This document shows, piece by piece, positions 10,372 to 20,665 of a stretch of 64,000 nt of DNA. The notes below the pieces were generated by a model. It saw only the letters and a list, made by a program, of their open reading frames with translations, had not been told where the DNA came from and made no database searches. The translations under genes and the position numbers were made by a program. Origin of the DNA: an uncultured Chloroflexia bacterium (GTDB taxonomy: Bacteria > Chloroflexota > Limnocylindria > Limnocylindrales > CSP1-4); assembly GCA_963749705.1 (NCBI GenBank), contig CAVVNQ010000006.1, positions 64,001 through 128,000 of the forward strand, given 5' to 3'. Position 1 is the stretch's first letter. Each line of letters opens with the position of its first letter.

Positions 10372-10850
10372 GATGCCGCCGCCAGGATCGCCTGCAACGC
10401 CGGCAGGTGCTCCTCGTAGTGCTCGGTCGTCTCGCCGAAGAAGTACTCCTGGGTGTCGGCGTTCTTGATCCAGCGGATCTCGGGGACCACGGTGAGATAG
10501 CCACGCAGCTCGCCTGACACGTTGCGGAACTGCTGGCGCACCTCGGCCATCGGCATCGACCGGAACCGCGCCAGTGCTTCCTCATTGATCCGGTCGCCCT
10601 CGCCCGGGATGTCCCACTGCGCGTTGAGCCGCTCCATGGTCGGGCTCGTCTCCCCCATCGCGAGCTCCTTGGCGGTCGCGAGGGCGGCCTCCTGCCACAC
10701 GACCAGGTGGCCCATCAGGTCGCGTCCGGACCAGCCGCCCGCGGCCTCGACGGGCTGGTCGAGCTGTTCGTCCGTGAGCGCCTCCAGGGCTTCGTAGGCA
10801 CGGAACGCATCGCGCTCGTCTTCGAGAAAGGAGAGGGCATCGAGGTACAT
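10368..10850 (-). CDS. DinB/DfsB-like four-helix-bundle protein
   Basis: WSGRDLMGHLVVW and EHYEEH metal-site pattern. Confidence 0.8.
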   Translation of the reverse strand: MYLDALSFLEDERDAFRAYEALEALTDEQLDQPVEAAGGWSGRDLMGHLVVWQEAALATAKELAMGETSPTMERLNAQWDIPGEGDRINEEALARFRSMPMAEVRQQFRNVSGELRGYLTVVPEIRWIKNADTQEYFFGETTEHYEEHLPALQAILAAAS

Positions 10851-10917
10851 GCGTGCATCGTAGCCCCGGTCGGCCCCGCCGCGGCGGCCTGTCGCAGGGC
10901 TTCGCGTGGCCGAGGAC

Positions 10918-12696
10918 TCAGACCGCGACCGGCTCCCGGTACTCCCCGAACACCTCGCGCAGCACCTGGCACTGCTCGCCGAGGGTCGCGTACCGCTCGG
11001 CGCAGCGGAGGAAGTGCGGCATCAGGTTGGTCTCACTGGTGCCCGGACGCGCGGCGGCCTCGCGCAGGCCCTCGAGCGCGGCCGCCACCGCCTCGCCGTC
11101 GCGCTCCGCGCGCGTCCGCTCCAGCCGGGCGAGGTGCCGTTCCAGCGACCCCTCGGGCACCTGGAGCACCGGAACCGTGATCGGCTCCGGGTTCTGGTAG
11201 CGGTTGACGCCCACGATCACCCGCTCCCCGGCGTCGAACTCGCGCTGGAAGCGATATGCCGAGTCGGCGATCTCGCGCTGGGGGTAGCCCTCCGCGATCG
11301 CCTTGACCATGCCACCACGCCGGTCGATCTCGTCGAGGTAGCGCCAGACCTCGCGCTCGACGCGGTTCGTCAGCGACTCCACGAACCACGAGCCGCCCAG
11401 CGGATCGACCGTGGAGGCGACCCCCGTCTCCTCGGCGAGGATCTGCTGCTGGCGGAGTGCGAGCATCGCGGCGCCCGCAGTGGGCACGGCGAGCGCCTCG
11501 TCGTAGGCGTCGGTGTGCAGGCTCTGCGTGCCGCCCAGGATCGCCGCCAGCGCCTGGGTCGCGACCCGGGTCAGGTTGTTGAGCGGCTGCTGCGGGGTCA
11601 ATGACACGCCCGCGGTCTGGGTGTGGAAGCGCATCCAGGTCGAGCGCTCGTTCTCGGCGCGATAGCGCTCGTTCATGAGCTTCCACCAGATCCGGCGCGA
11701 GGCCCGGAACTTGGCGATCTCCTCGAAGAAGTCGGAATGGCTGTTGAAGAAGAACGACAGCCGGGGCGCGAACTCGTCGACCCGCAGCCCGCGCGCCATC
11801 GTCGCCTCGACATAGGCCATCCCGTCGGCGATCGTGAACGCCAGCTCCTGGACCGCGGTCGAGCCCGCCTCGCGGATGTGGTAGCCGCTGATCGAGACCG
11901 TGTTCCACTTGGGCAGCTCGCGCGTCCCGAACTCGATCGTGTCAACGACCAGCCGCATCGACGGGTCCGGCGGGTACAGGAACTCCTTCTGCGCGACGTA
12001 CTCCTTGAGGATGTCGTTCTGGGTCGTGCCCTCGAGCGCGCCGCGCGGGACCCCGGCCTTCTCCGCCGCCGCGATGTACATCGCCCAGATCGGCGCGGCC
12101 GGGGCGTTGATCGTCATCGACGTGCTCACCCGATCGAGCGGCAGCCCCTCGAGCAGGAGCTCCATGTCGGCGAGGCTGCTGACCGCCACGCCGCACGTCC
12201 CGAACTCGCCGTCCGCCTCTGGATCGTCGGTGTCGTAGCCGTACAGCGTGGGCATGTCGTACGCGATCGAGAGCCCGGTCTGGCCGGCATCGAGCAGCTG
12301 ACGGAACCGGGCGTTGGTGTCCTCGGCGCTGCCGAAGCCCGCGAACATGCGCATCGTCCACGGGCGCGACCGATACCCGGTCGGGTGGACGCCACGCGTG
12401 AATGGCGGCTCGCCCGGCAGCCCGATGTCACGCAGCGCATGGACGTCCGCGTAGGCGCCGGCGCCCTGGCGGAGCGGATCGCCGTGGTGGTCGACCTCGG
12501 TGGGGCCGCCCGGACCGGCCGGCTCGCCATCGGCACCCGGCTCCGCGTCCCATGGCCCGTAGAGGCCCTCGACGGGCAGGTCGCCGAGCGTGGCAAAGCG
12601 CGGACGGCGCTCGGGAAGTCGTTCGAGGGAGGGCGCGAGGCGCTCGATGCGCCAGGCTCGCCGGCGCGCGGCCCAGGCGTCGGGACGGTCGCTCAT
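10918..12696 (-). CDS. B12-dependent acyl-CoA mutase large (substrate-binding) subunit, isobutyryl-CoA mutase-like
   Basis: [62 protein letters not shown]. No B12-binding domain. Confidence 0.93.
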   Translation of the reverse strand: MSDRPDAWAARRRAWRIERLAPSLERLPERRPRFATLGDLPVEGLYGPWDAEPGADGEPAGPGGPTEVDHHGDPLRQGAGAYADVHALRDIGLPGEPPFTRGVHPTGYRSRPWTMRMFAGFGSAEDTNARFRQLLDAGQTGLSIAYDMPTLYGYDTDDPEADGEFGTCGVAVSSLADMELLLEGLPLDRVSTSMTINAPAAPIWAMYIAAAEKAGVPRGALEGTTQNDILKEYVAQKEFLYPPDPSMRLVVDTIEFGTRELPKWNTVSISGYHIREAGSTAVQELAFTIADGMAYVEATMARGLRVDEFAPRLSFFFNSHSDFFEEIAKFRASRRIWWKLMNERYRAENERSTWMRFHTQTAGVSLTPQQPLNNLTRVATQALAAILGGTQSLHTDAYDEALAVPTAGAAMLALRQQQILAEETGVASTVDPLGGSWFVESLTNRVEREVWRYLDEIDRRGGMVKAIAEGYPQREIADSAYRFQREFDAGERVIVGVNRYQNPEPITVPVLQVPEGSLERHLARLERTRAERDGEAVAAALEGLREAAARPGTSETNLMPHFLRCAERYATLGEQCQVLREVFGEYREPVAV

Positions 12697-12869
12697 CGTG
12701 GGCCGACTCTAGCACGCAGGGGCGCGACCGACGCCGACTGCGGGCTTCGCCAGGTCCATCGGAAGCCCCTGTCAGGCATCGCTCGTGATCGGTCATTCGC
12801 CTCTTGCGCTGCCGTGGCAGACGCGTACGCTGTCCTGCGTCGGGACGGATTCCGTCCAGGGGGTGATGC

Positions 12870-13295
12870 GTGTTCCTGACCCAGGTCAACTACCTCTGGC
12901 GCGACCTCGGCCACGGCAATGGCCGCCGCGCCGCCCTCCTCGTCCTGGCGCCCTGGTTGCTGTTCGCGGCGCTCGCGCTGCCGACCGCGCTGGGTGCGAG
13001 ACCCGCGATCGCCGGCCATGCCGAGCTCTCCGGCACGGATGCCAGCATCGGGCCCGAGATCCACCTCAGCGACAGCTACCGACTGACCGTCACGATGCCC
13101 GCGAAGGCCGGCTGCTCCTATGAGGCGGCGGTCGTCCCGTACGGCTTCCCGCTGAATTCGGACGCGAGCGGCGCCCAGCTCCGCGGGACGGCGGCATCGA
13201 CGTTGGCTGTCACCGGGTTGCAGGACGGCCTGTATCGGATCTCGATGACGGCGACCGGTTGCGGCGCCTGGACGGTCGCGCTCGACCGAAGCTGA
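12870..13295 (+). CDS. Hypothetical exported or membrane-anchored protein
   Basis: N-terminal hydrophobic segment followed by a beta-rich domain with two Cys. SD-like AGGGGGTGA upstream. Confidence 0.6.
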   Translation: MFLTQVNYLWRDLGHGNGRRAALLVLAPWLLFAALALPTALGARPAIAGHAELSGTDASIGPEIHLSDSYRLTVTMPAKAGCSYEAAVVPYGFPLNSDASGAQLRGTAASTLAVTGLQDGLYRISMTATGCGAWTVALDRS

Positions 13296-13373
13296 GGGCT
13301 GACCGGGCGCGGGTCGGCCGCCGACGCGGTCATTGCCGCCGACGTCGTCATCCCGACGGGTGCGGTCGGTCGA

Positions 13374-13994
13374 TCAGTTAGCGCCGAACGCCGCCAGCGC
13401 CTCGAGCACCCTGGCGTCGCCCAGGTCGGCGGCCAGCAGCACGTGCACCCGGCCGGGCTCCGTGGCCGGCCACGTGACCACGGTCTGGCCCGTTCCATCG
13501 CTCTGGAGCACGTCCAGCCGGTGGGCCGCCGCGCCGCCGACGGTCAGCTCGCTCGTCGCCAGCTTCTCGGTCTTGCTGTTCTGGGTGGCGCCATCCCGGT
13601 AGAAGGCGAGCATCTCCGAGGCGTCGAGCCCGCCGGCCTCGAACACCGCGACGGTCAGCGCCGTGGTGCCGCCGAGGTCCCACGTCGCGCCGGCGAAGCG
13701 GACGCCCGTGATCCCGGCATCGGCAAGGGTCCCGAGCGCGCCCGTCGTGCAGTTGCGGCCCGAGTCAACGCTGACCGGCGGCTGGCCCTCGTACGCCTTC
13801 GGCAGCACCGCCTCGAGGTCCGGATAGGCGCCAGGCTGGCGTCCGTCGGTCGTGCACGGGGTTGACGGATCGAAGGTCGCGATGGGGATCTTCGAGCCCG
13901 CGCAGCCGGCGACCAGAATCGCTGCGACCAGGGCGAGGAGCGGGGCAAGAAGCTGGCCGGCCGCGAGCGGAGATCGGCGGTGGAGGCGGGGCAT
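13374..13994 (-). CDS. Hypothetical lipoprotein
   Basis: Lipobox LVAGC. TAGCCT lies 6 nt before the ATG. Confidence 0.75.
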   Translation of the reverse strand: MPRLHRRSPLAAGQLLAPLLALVAAILVAGCAGSKIPIATFDPSTPCTTDGRQPGAYPDLEAVLPKAYEGQPPVSVDSGRNCTTGALGTLADAGITGVRFAGATWDLGGTTALTVAVFEAGGLDASEMLAFYRDGATQNSKTEKLATSELTVGGAAAHRLDVLQSDGTGQTVVTWPATEPGRVHVLLAADLGDARVLEALAAFGAN

Positions 13995-14189
13995 GGATTG
14001 AGGCTACCGGCGATGACGCCGATACGCCGCCGCACGTCGGCGGCCGACCACGCCTGCTGCCCGGCACGGGCGCGGATGAGGGCCGTCCGCCGGCCCAGCC
14101 GATGGTCTCGGAGGTGCTGGGTCGATGGTCCCGGCGGTGCCTGCGTGCGCCTGACGATCGCCCATGGGGCCCCCATGACCTGCCGCCCA

Positions 14190-14218
14190 TTGCCTTTGGC
14201 CCGGGCCGGTCGTACGTT
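14190..14218 (+). promoter_or_regulatory. Sigma70-like promoter TTGCCT-N17-TACGTT with no plausible downstream CDS
   Basis: -35 at 14190-14195, -10 at 14213-14218, exact 17-nt spacer. Confidence 0.55.
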
Positions 14219-14224
14219 GACGTT

Positions 14225-14520
14225 CGCGTTCGATACGCGCCGACCCCACGAACCACCGGGGGAACACCTGGGGCGTCGGCCACGGATCGAGGGCCGGACA
14301 ACCCGATCGTCGGGGACGCTCGACGGCACGGGGGTTCCGGGTCCGCGATCACGAGCCGAGTAACCAAGGATCGACCGGCCAGCAGGCCCGGTCGTGGGGC
14401 GGCAGCACTGATCGGTCCTTCATTGGCGCCCTCGGCATATGCCGGGGGCGCAGTCATGTCCGTTGGGCGACGGGGTTCGACATGGCCGGCCTGAGCGCCG
14501 CGGCAGGCCGGTGTCGAGGG
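14225..14520 (+). ncRNA. Candidate structured ncRNA (~300 nt; 6S/Ms1-like size, family unassigned)
   Basis: Promoter upstream. Consecutive hairpins include AAGGATCGA/TCGGTCCTT, GCGCCCTCGGCA/TGCCGGGGGCGC, GTCATGTC/GACATGGC and CCGGCCTG/CAGGCCGG. Confidence 0.5.
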
Positions 14521-14551
14521 CTCAGGCCCTGCCCGGCCCGACCGGCTTCTG

Positions 14552-15310
14552 CTACCCGAACGGGTTCGAGTGCCAGCCGGGTCGGGCGGGCCGGTGAACA
14601 CGGCGGATCCCGCGGCGGTCCAGCTCGTCGCGGATGACGCGGGACGCCATCGCGATCTCGGGCTCGCGGGTGATCGTGGTCGCCAGCCAGTCGATGTACG
14701 AGGGCTCGAACGCGGCGATCTCCCCCAGCGTGTGGCCGTGGAACTTGCCGAACTCGACCTCGATCTCGAGCGCGTCGTCGAGCGAGGGAGGCTCGGGCGC
14801 CACGTGGCCCGGGAGGTGATCCCGCTCCATCGGCCCCGATGGCTGTGACGCCCGGAGCTCCGGCGCGGACCGGTCCCAGCGCAGCGGCGGCTGGCCCGTG
14901 AGCGGGATCCGCGTCCCGGGCGGCGTGATCGTCTGGTTTCGCGGCCGGACGAAGTCGCTCATGTCGAGGCGGCCGGTGACCGGTCGGGTCGGCTTCGGGG
15001 GCGGGGGTCCGGCGGACGCGCCGTTGCGCCGGCCCGGCGGGCCTGATGTCGCGCCGGCGGCCCCGCTGCCCGATCGCCGTCGCGCGCCCGCGTCGCGCTG
15101 GCCCTCGACCGTCTCGCCGGCCCGGGTGAGCGCCGCGTAGGCGGCGTTGATCTCGGCCATCCGCCGCGTGGCGCGCCGGACCGCCTCGGGATCGTCGCCA
15201 GTCAGATCGGGATGGTGCTGGCGGGCAAGCCCGCGCCAGGCGGCCTTGATGTCATCCGGGGTCGCGCCATGCTCCACGCCGAGCACGGCGTGCGGGTTCT
15301 TGGGGGCCAC
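14552..15310 (-). CDS. J-domain protein with C-terminal FGK(F/Y)xG (DUF3820-like) module
   Basis: PHAVLGV, ARQHHPD, MAEINAAYAAL; C-terminal FGKFHGHTLGEIAAFEPSYIDWL. Confidence 0.85.
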   Translation of the reverse strand: MAPKNPHAVLGVEHGATPDDIKAAWRGLARQHHPDLTGDDPEAVRRATRRMAEINAAYAALTRAGETVEGQRDAGARRRSGSGAAGATSGPPGRRNGASAGPPPPKPTRPVTGRLDMSDFVRPRNQTITPPGTRIPLTGQPPLRWDRSAPELRASQPSGPMERDHLPGHVAPEPPSLDDALEIEVEFGKFHGHTLGEIAAFEPSYIDWLATTITREPEIAMASRVIRDELDRRGIRRVHRPARPGWHSNPFG

Positions 15311-15369
15311 GTCCAGAGTGTAGCCCCGGCCCGCTTGACAACCGGCACGGCACGCGGTCCTCTTGCCAC

Positions 15370-16494
15370 ATGCTTCCGCTCCTCCGCTCCCGGCGCGCAG
15401 GGCTCGTGGCGGCGCTCGCCGCGCTGCCCCTGGCGGCCGCCTACCGTTTCGCGCTCGTGTACCGGGTCCGGGCCGGCTACCCCCGCCGTCACCCGCCCAC
15501 CTGCACGCCGGCGGCGCTCGGGCTGCCGTTCGAGGCCGTCGATGTCCCGACCGACGACGGCCTGATCCTGCCGGGCTGGTTCATCCCCGCTGGTCCCGCC
15601 CTGGCTCCGGGCGTCGTCCTCGTCCATGGCTGGGAGTCGGCCCGGGACCGAACCCTGCCGCATGCGCAGGTCCTCCATGCCGCGGGGTTCCACGTCCTGA
15701 CCTTCGATGTGCGAGGCCACGGCGCGAATGGGCCCGAGGCGCTGCCGATGTCGGTCGGCGAGTACGCCGCCGACGCTCGGGCCGGGATCGCGGCCATCCT
15801 CCGGCGGTCGGAGGTCACGAAGGCTGGGCTGCTCGGGCACTCCATGGGTGCCGCCGGCTCGTTGGTCGCCGCCGCCGCGGACCCCGACATCGCCTCGGTG
15901 ATCGCGGTCGCCGCGCCCGCGGACCCGCATCGCCTCACGCGCCAGACATTCCGGCTCGCGCGCCTGCCGATCCCCGGCCCCATCGCCTGGCCATTGGCCT
16001 GGCTGACGACGCGCGTCTACCTCAGGCCGCGCGGCCACACCGTGTCGTCGGTCAGCGCCAGCCGCGCCGTCCGCGAGATCCCGGTGCCGGTGATGCTCGC
16101 CCACGGCAGCGAGGACGGGGTGGTTCCGGTGGCCGATGTCGCGAGGCTCGCCGAGGCGCGCCGCGAGGCCCTGCCCGACGCGGTGACCGAGGTCATGGTC
16201 GTCGAGGGTGGCCACCACTCCTGGCTGTACGAGTTCCCCGCGTATCGGGCAGCGATCGCCCGGTTCCTCACGACGACCCTGGGCGGGCCGCTCGGGCCCG
16301 ACGCCGCGGCGGCCCTTGCCGAGGCGGTGCCGGCCGAGCGGCTTCCCGACCCGGAGCGCCTCACGACGCTCGACGAGGAGCCCGGCGGGTTCCGGTCGCT
16401 CGCGCGGATCATCGGTCACCGCGGGCGCGGGGCCATCGCCGCCCCACAGGGCGCCGTGCCCGCCGCGGCCGATCCGGGAGCGCCGGCCCGATGA
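15370..16494 (+). CDS. Alpha/beta hydrolase (serine aminopeptidase S33-like), membrane-anchored
   Basis: LVHGW, FDVRGHG, GHSMG, HGSED, GGHH. Confidence 0.88.
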   Translation: MLPLLRSRRAGLVAALAALPLAAAYRFALVYRVRAGYPRRHPPTCTPAALGLPFEAVDVPTDDGLILPGWFIPAGPALAPGVVLVHGWESARDRTLPHAQVLHAAGFHVLTFDVRGHGANGPEALPMSVGEYAADARAGIAAILRRSEVTKAGLLGHSMGAAGSLVAAAADPDIASVIAVAAPADPHRLTRQTFRLARLPIPGPIAWPLAWLTTRVYLRPRGHTVSSVSASRAVREIPVPVMLAHGSEDGVVPVADVARLAEARREALPDAVTEVMVVEGGHHSWLYEFPAYRAAIARFLTTTLGGPLGPDAAAALAEAVPAERLPDPERLTTLDEEPGGFRSLARIIGHRGRGAIAAPQGAVPAAADPGAPAR

Positions 16495-17024
16495 CCGCCT
16501 GGGACGCCATCAACCACAAGCGCGCCGTTCGCGAGTTCGCCGACCGGCCCATCGAACCGGACCGGCTCGAACGGATCCTCGACGCCGGCCGGCGAGCGCA
16601 CAGCGCCAAGAACCTGCAGCGCTGGGCGTTCATCGTCGTCCGCGATCGGGAGCGGCTGCGCGAGCTGTCGACGCTCGGCCCGTTCGCGGGGCACCTGGCC
16701 GGCGCGGCAGTCGCTGTCGCGCTCGTGACTCCCGACCCGCGCGGGCCGAAGGGCTCGCTGAGCATCATGTGGGACATCGGCGGGGCGGCGGCGCAGATGA
16801 TGGTCGTGGCCTGGGAGCTGGGCATCGGCAGCTGCCCCGCAACGGTGTACGAGGCGGACCGTGCCCGGGAGCTGCTCGGGTACCCGGCGGACATGCACTG
16901 CGAGCACATCCTCTCGTTCGGGTATCCGCGCGACCCGTCGGTCATGACGCGGCCCAATCGCCCGGGAGGCCGGCGGCCGACGGGCGAGCTGGTCCACGAG
17001 GACCACTGGCGAGACGACGGGTGA
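16491..17024 (+). CDS. Nitroreductase family protein
   Basis: KRAVREF, AHSAKNLQRWAFIVV, AWELGIGSC, FGYP. ATGA overlap with the upstream gene. Confidence 0.9.
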   Translation: MTAWDAINHKRAVREFADRPIEPDRLERILDAGRRAHSAKNLQRWAFIVVRDRERLRELSTLGPFAGHLAGAAVAVALVTPDPRGPKGSLSIMWDIGGAAAQMMVVAWELGIGSCPATVYEADRARELLGYPADMHCEHILSFGYPRDPSVMTRPNRPGGRRPTGELVHEDHWRDDG

Positions 17025-17031
17025 CGGGAAG

Positions 17032-18297
17032 CTAGCTCGTCGCCCCCTCGTAATCGTCGTCGTCCGGCTCCACGTCGAGCGTTGCCAGGATCTCGTCCGC
17101 CGACGTCACCGCATCCCCCGGGTCCTGAGCCCCTTCAGCGAGGTACGACTCGACGGCAGCGTCGAGGCCGACATCCTTGCCGGCCTGCTCGGACAGCAGC
17201 CATTTGTGCATGAGCACGTCACAGTAGGCCTGGACGAGGTCGCGCTCGGGGCCGACCGCGCTCGCGATCCGCGCCTGGGTCGGTCGGTAGACCCCGCGCA
17301 GCCAGCGCTCCGCGGCTTCCTCCGGCGAGATCGGGCGCCGCTCGTCGAACTCCAGCCAGGCGGCGTATTCGTTGAGGTCGTTGAGCAGGATCCGCGCCTG
17401 GCCCTCGAGCGCCCGCAGCCGCGTCCGGCGCTCCAGCTCGTTGGCGTGGTAGCGACGCGTGGTCACCGAGGTCCGCAGCCGGACGGATCCGAGCGTGCCC
17501 ACGGGGTCCACCTCGACATCGACCGAGAAGCCCAGCTCATTGAGCCGCCGCAGCCTGGCGCGGATTGCCTGGCGATCGCCCGGGATGAGATCGGGCTCGT
17601 CGTGCAGCTCGTTCCACACCGCCTCATAGCGCGTCCGGACGGATTCCGCGGCATTGATCGCGTCGTCGATGTCCTCGGACCCCTGGTACGCCGCGAGATC
17701 GGCCAGTCCGAACGCCACGTTCTCGACCAGGATGTCGAGGTCGAACCGCCGCTGGCCGTCCGAGAGACCCGGGTGAACCTCGCTCGTCTCGGCGTCGACG
17801 AGATAGGCCTGGATCCGGTCGCCATCCGGTTGGAACAGCGTGTTGGCGAGCGAGCAGTCGCCCCAGTACACGCCGCCACGGTGGAGGTCGACCAGCAGGA
17901 GGGCCATGGCGTCGAGGAGCCGGTCGCGGTCGTCACGGCGCACGATCCGGAACCGCATCAGGAGGCGGCGGTACTGCATCGAATGCCTGAGGTACTCGGT
18001 GACCAGGATCGCGGCACCATCGGATCGCTCCGCCAGCCCGACCGCCCTGACCCCGGGCAGGCGCGCGTCCTCGAGGTGGCGCAGGACCGCGTACTCCTTC
18101 TGTGCGATCTCGGCCGGCTCCTCCTTGAGCGCGTAGATGGTGCCCTCCGAGACCATGAACCTCACCAGGTGCCGCGACGGGCCGACGGGGATCTCGCGGA
18201 ACCGGTGCGTGTCCACCTCCCACTGGCCGAGCGGGCGCTCCCAGGGAAGGTCGAGCAGCCCGGCGACCTCGTCGCGCAATCGGAGCCGGGGAAGCAT
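17032..18297 (-). CDS. DUF4032 domain protein (kinase-like N-terminus)
   Basis: LLDLPWERPL, SRHLVRF, YALKE, YWGDCSLANTLF, AYLVDAETSE, HKWLLSE. Confidence 0.88.
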   Translation of the reverse strand: MLPRLRLRDEVAGLLDLPWERPLGQWEVDTHRFREIPVGPSRHLVRFMVSEGTIYALKEEPAEIAQKEYAVLRHLEDARLPGVRAVGLAERSDGAAILVTEYLRHSMQYRRLLMRFRIVRRDDRDRLLDAMALLLVDLHRGGVYWGDCSLANTLFQPDGDRIQAYLVDAETSEVHPGLSDGQRRFDLDILVENVAFGLADLAAYQGSEDIDDAINAAESVRTRYEAVWNELHDEPDLIPGDRQAIRARLRRLNELGFSVDVEVDPVGTLGSVRLRTSVTTRRYHANELERRTRLRALEGQARILLNDLNEYAAWLEFDERRPISPEEAAERWLRGVYRPTQARIASAVGPERDLVQAYCDVLMHKWLLSEQAGKDVGLDAAVESYLAEGAQDPGDAVTSADEILATLDVEPDDDDYEGATS

Positions 18298-18340
18298 CAG
18301 ACGGCAATCGGCGGTGGGACGCCCGGCAGGGTCGGCCCGC

Positions 18341-18777
18341 TCAGGTCCGCTTCCGCAGGTAGGTGGTGATGCCGGCGTCGTAGCCAAGCGATTCGTACAG
18401 CTGGCGCGCCTCCGGGCGATGATGCCCGGCCGTGATCTCCAGGTACGCGGCACCCTCGTCGGTGGCCACCCGCTCGGCCTCGGTCATCAGGACCCGGCCG
18501 ACACCGCGCTCCCTGACGAGCGGGTCGACGACCAGGGTGACGATCCTCACGAAGCGATCGTCCGTCTCGAAGCGCGGGATGACGTGGAACGCGATGAACC
18601 CGGCCACGTCCCCGCCCGCCTCGGCGACCACGACCCGCGACCCGGCTGCCGAGAATCGCTCGATCCGGGCGGCCAGGTCCGTTGCCCCGGCCGGATAGCC
18701 CTCGTCAGTGAGCAGGGTCGCGAGACGCTCGGCGTCTTCCTCGCGGGCGTCGCGGAGCGAGATCCGGGCTGCGTCGT

Positions 18778-18781
<4 letters not shown>
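18341..18781 (-). CDS. GNAT family N-acetyltransferase
   Basis: LVVDPLVRERGVGRVLM, ARQLYESLGY. Confidence 0.88.
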
Positions 18782-19565
<784 letters not shown>

Positions 19566-19569
<4 letters not shown>

Positions 19570-20396
19570 TCGAGCAGCATGTCCGGCGCCTCGCCGATCG
19601 ACGCGAACCCCAGCCGCTCGTACATGCGCCGCGCCGGCACGTTGCCGCTGAACACGCCGAGGTACGTGAACCGCACGTCGGGGCGCGCGGCGGTCGCCAC
19701 CACCTGTCGGGTGACAAGCGCCCCGAGCCCGCGCCCGCGGAACCCCGGCCGGGTGCCGATCGACGACAGATAGGTGCAGCCGTCGAACGTGGTCGCCTTG
19801 GCCACGGCGGCCGGGACCCCGTCGACGCGCGCGAGCGCCAGCGCGATCCGGGGATCATCGAGGGTCAGCCGGAGATCACCGGCCAGCTCGTCGGTGCGGC
19901 GGGGCGGGGCGCCGAACGCATCCACCAGGACGCCCGCCACGTCGGCGACATCGTTCACCGTTGCGTCCGTGGGTCGCGTGATCGGTTGGACCGACACGCC
20001 AGCGTCGAGCTCGCCGTCGGCGATCGGTGCGCATGCCGCCGGATCCCGGAGCACCATCACGTGTCCCCCGCCGACGTCCTGGAACCCGTTCGCTTCGAGC
20101 CGCTGCACGAGATCGGACGGCCGCGCGTGATCCGGCGACGGCCAGATGTGCGGCCTTCTGGCGACCAGCCCGAACAGCGCCAGGGCTTCTGTCAGCCGCC
20201 GGTCGAACGCCGCCGGGTCATCGGGCCAGCGGATGCTCACCATGCGGTTCCAGAACGGGTCGACGTCGCGCGGGTCGAGCAGCAACAGTGCGTCGCCGAG
20301 GTCACGTACCTCCCGAGACGGGATGGCGTGGGCGTCGGTCTCGTGCCGCTCGAGGCGTCGGATGGTCGCGTCGTCGAGACGCAGCGTGCGGGTCAC
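19566..20396 (-). CDS. GNAT family N-acetyltransferase
   Basis: IGTRPGFRGRGLG, NVPARRMYERLGF. Start at GTG 20396 with TATCGT upstream. Confidence 0.85.
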
Positions 20397-20499
20397 GTCG
20401 CCCACGATAGCCAACGGGTGCTCGGCCGCCGCACCACGCGCAACGCGCCCGCCCACCAACCCGCCGCCACTCCCGCCCGCCGCGACCCTCGCCCGCCGC

Positions 20500-20610
20500 G
20501 ACTCACCTGGCGCGTCAGATCTCGGGCCAGCCTGGCGGATTGGGACGTGATCGGCCACAGATGCCGCCAAAACCCGCGTCTGGGGGCCGGCCCGATGCGC
20601 CTCGTGAGTC
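20500..20610. repeat. 111-bp dispersed element with terminal inverted repeats, copy 2
   Basis: GACTCACCTGGCGCGTCA...CGATGCGCCTCGTGAGTC. 74/111 identical to 9783-9893 by hand count. Confidence 0.75.
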
Positions 20611-20665
20611 AGGAGCTCGCCGCGGCGAGCGGCGCCGATCGAGCGAACCGCGCGGTGCGCCCGCC

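Noticed and set aside
12697-12869. Cobalamin riboswitch upstream of the mutase genes (also checked 2646-3125)
   Set aside because: No B12-box or GGGAA…GCCACTG core seen; both genes have a -10 hexamer close to the start.
14380-14412. SRP RNA helix-8 resemblance (CAGGCCC…GGG…GCAGCACT)
   Set aside because: Lacks the GNRA tetraloop and the AGCAG symmetric-loop motif, so SRP is not assigned.
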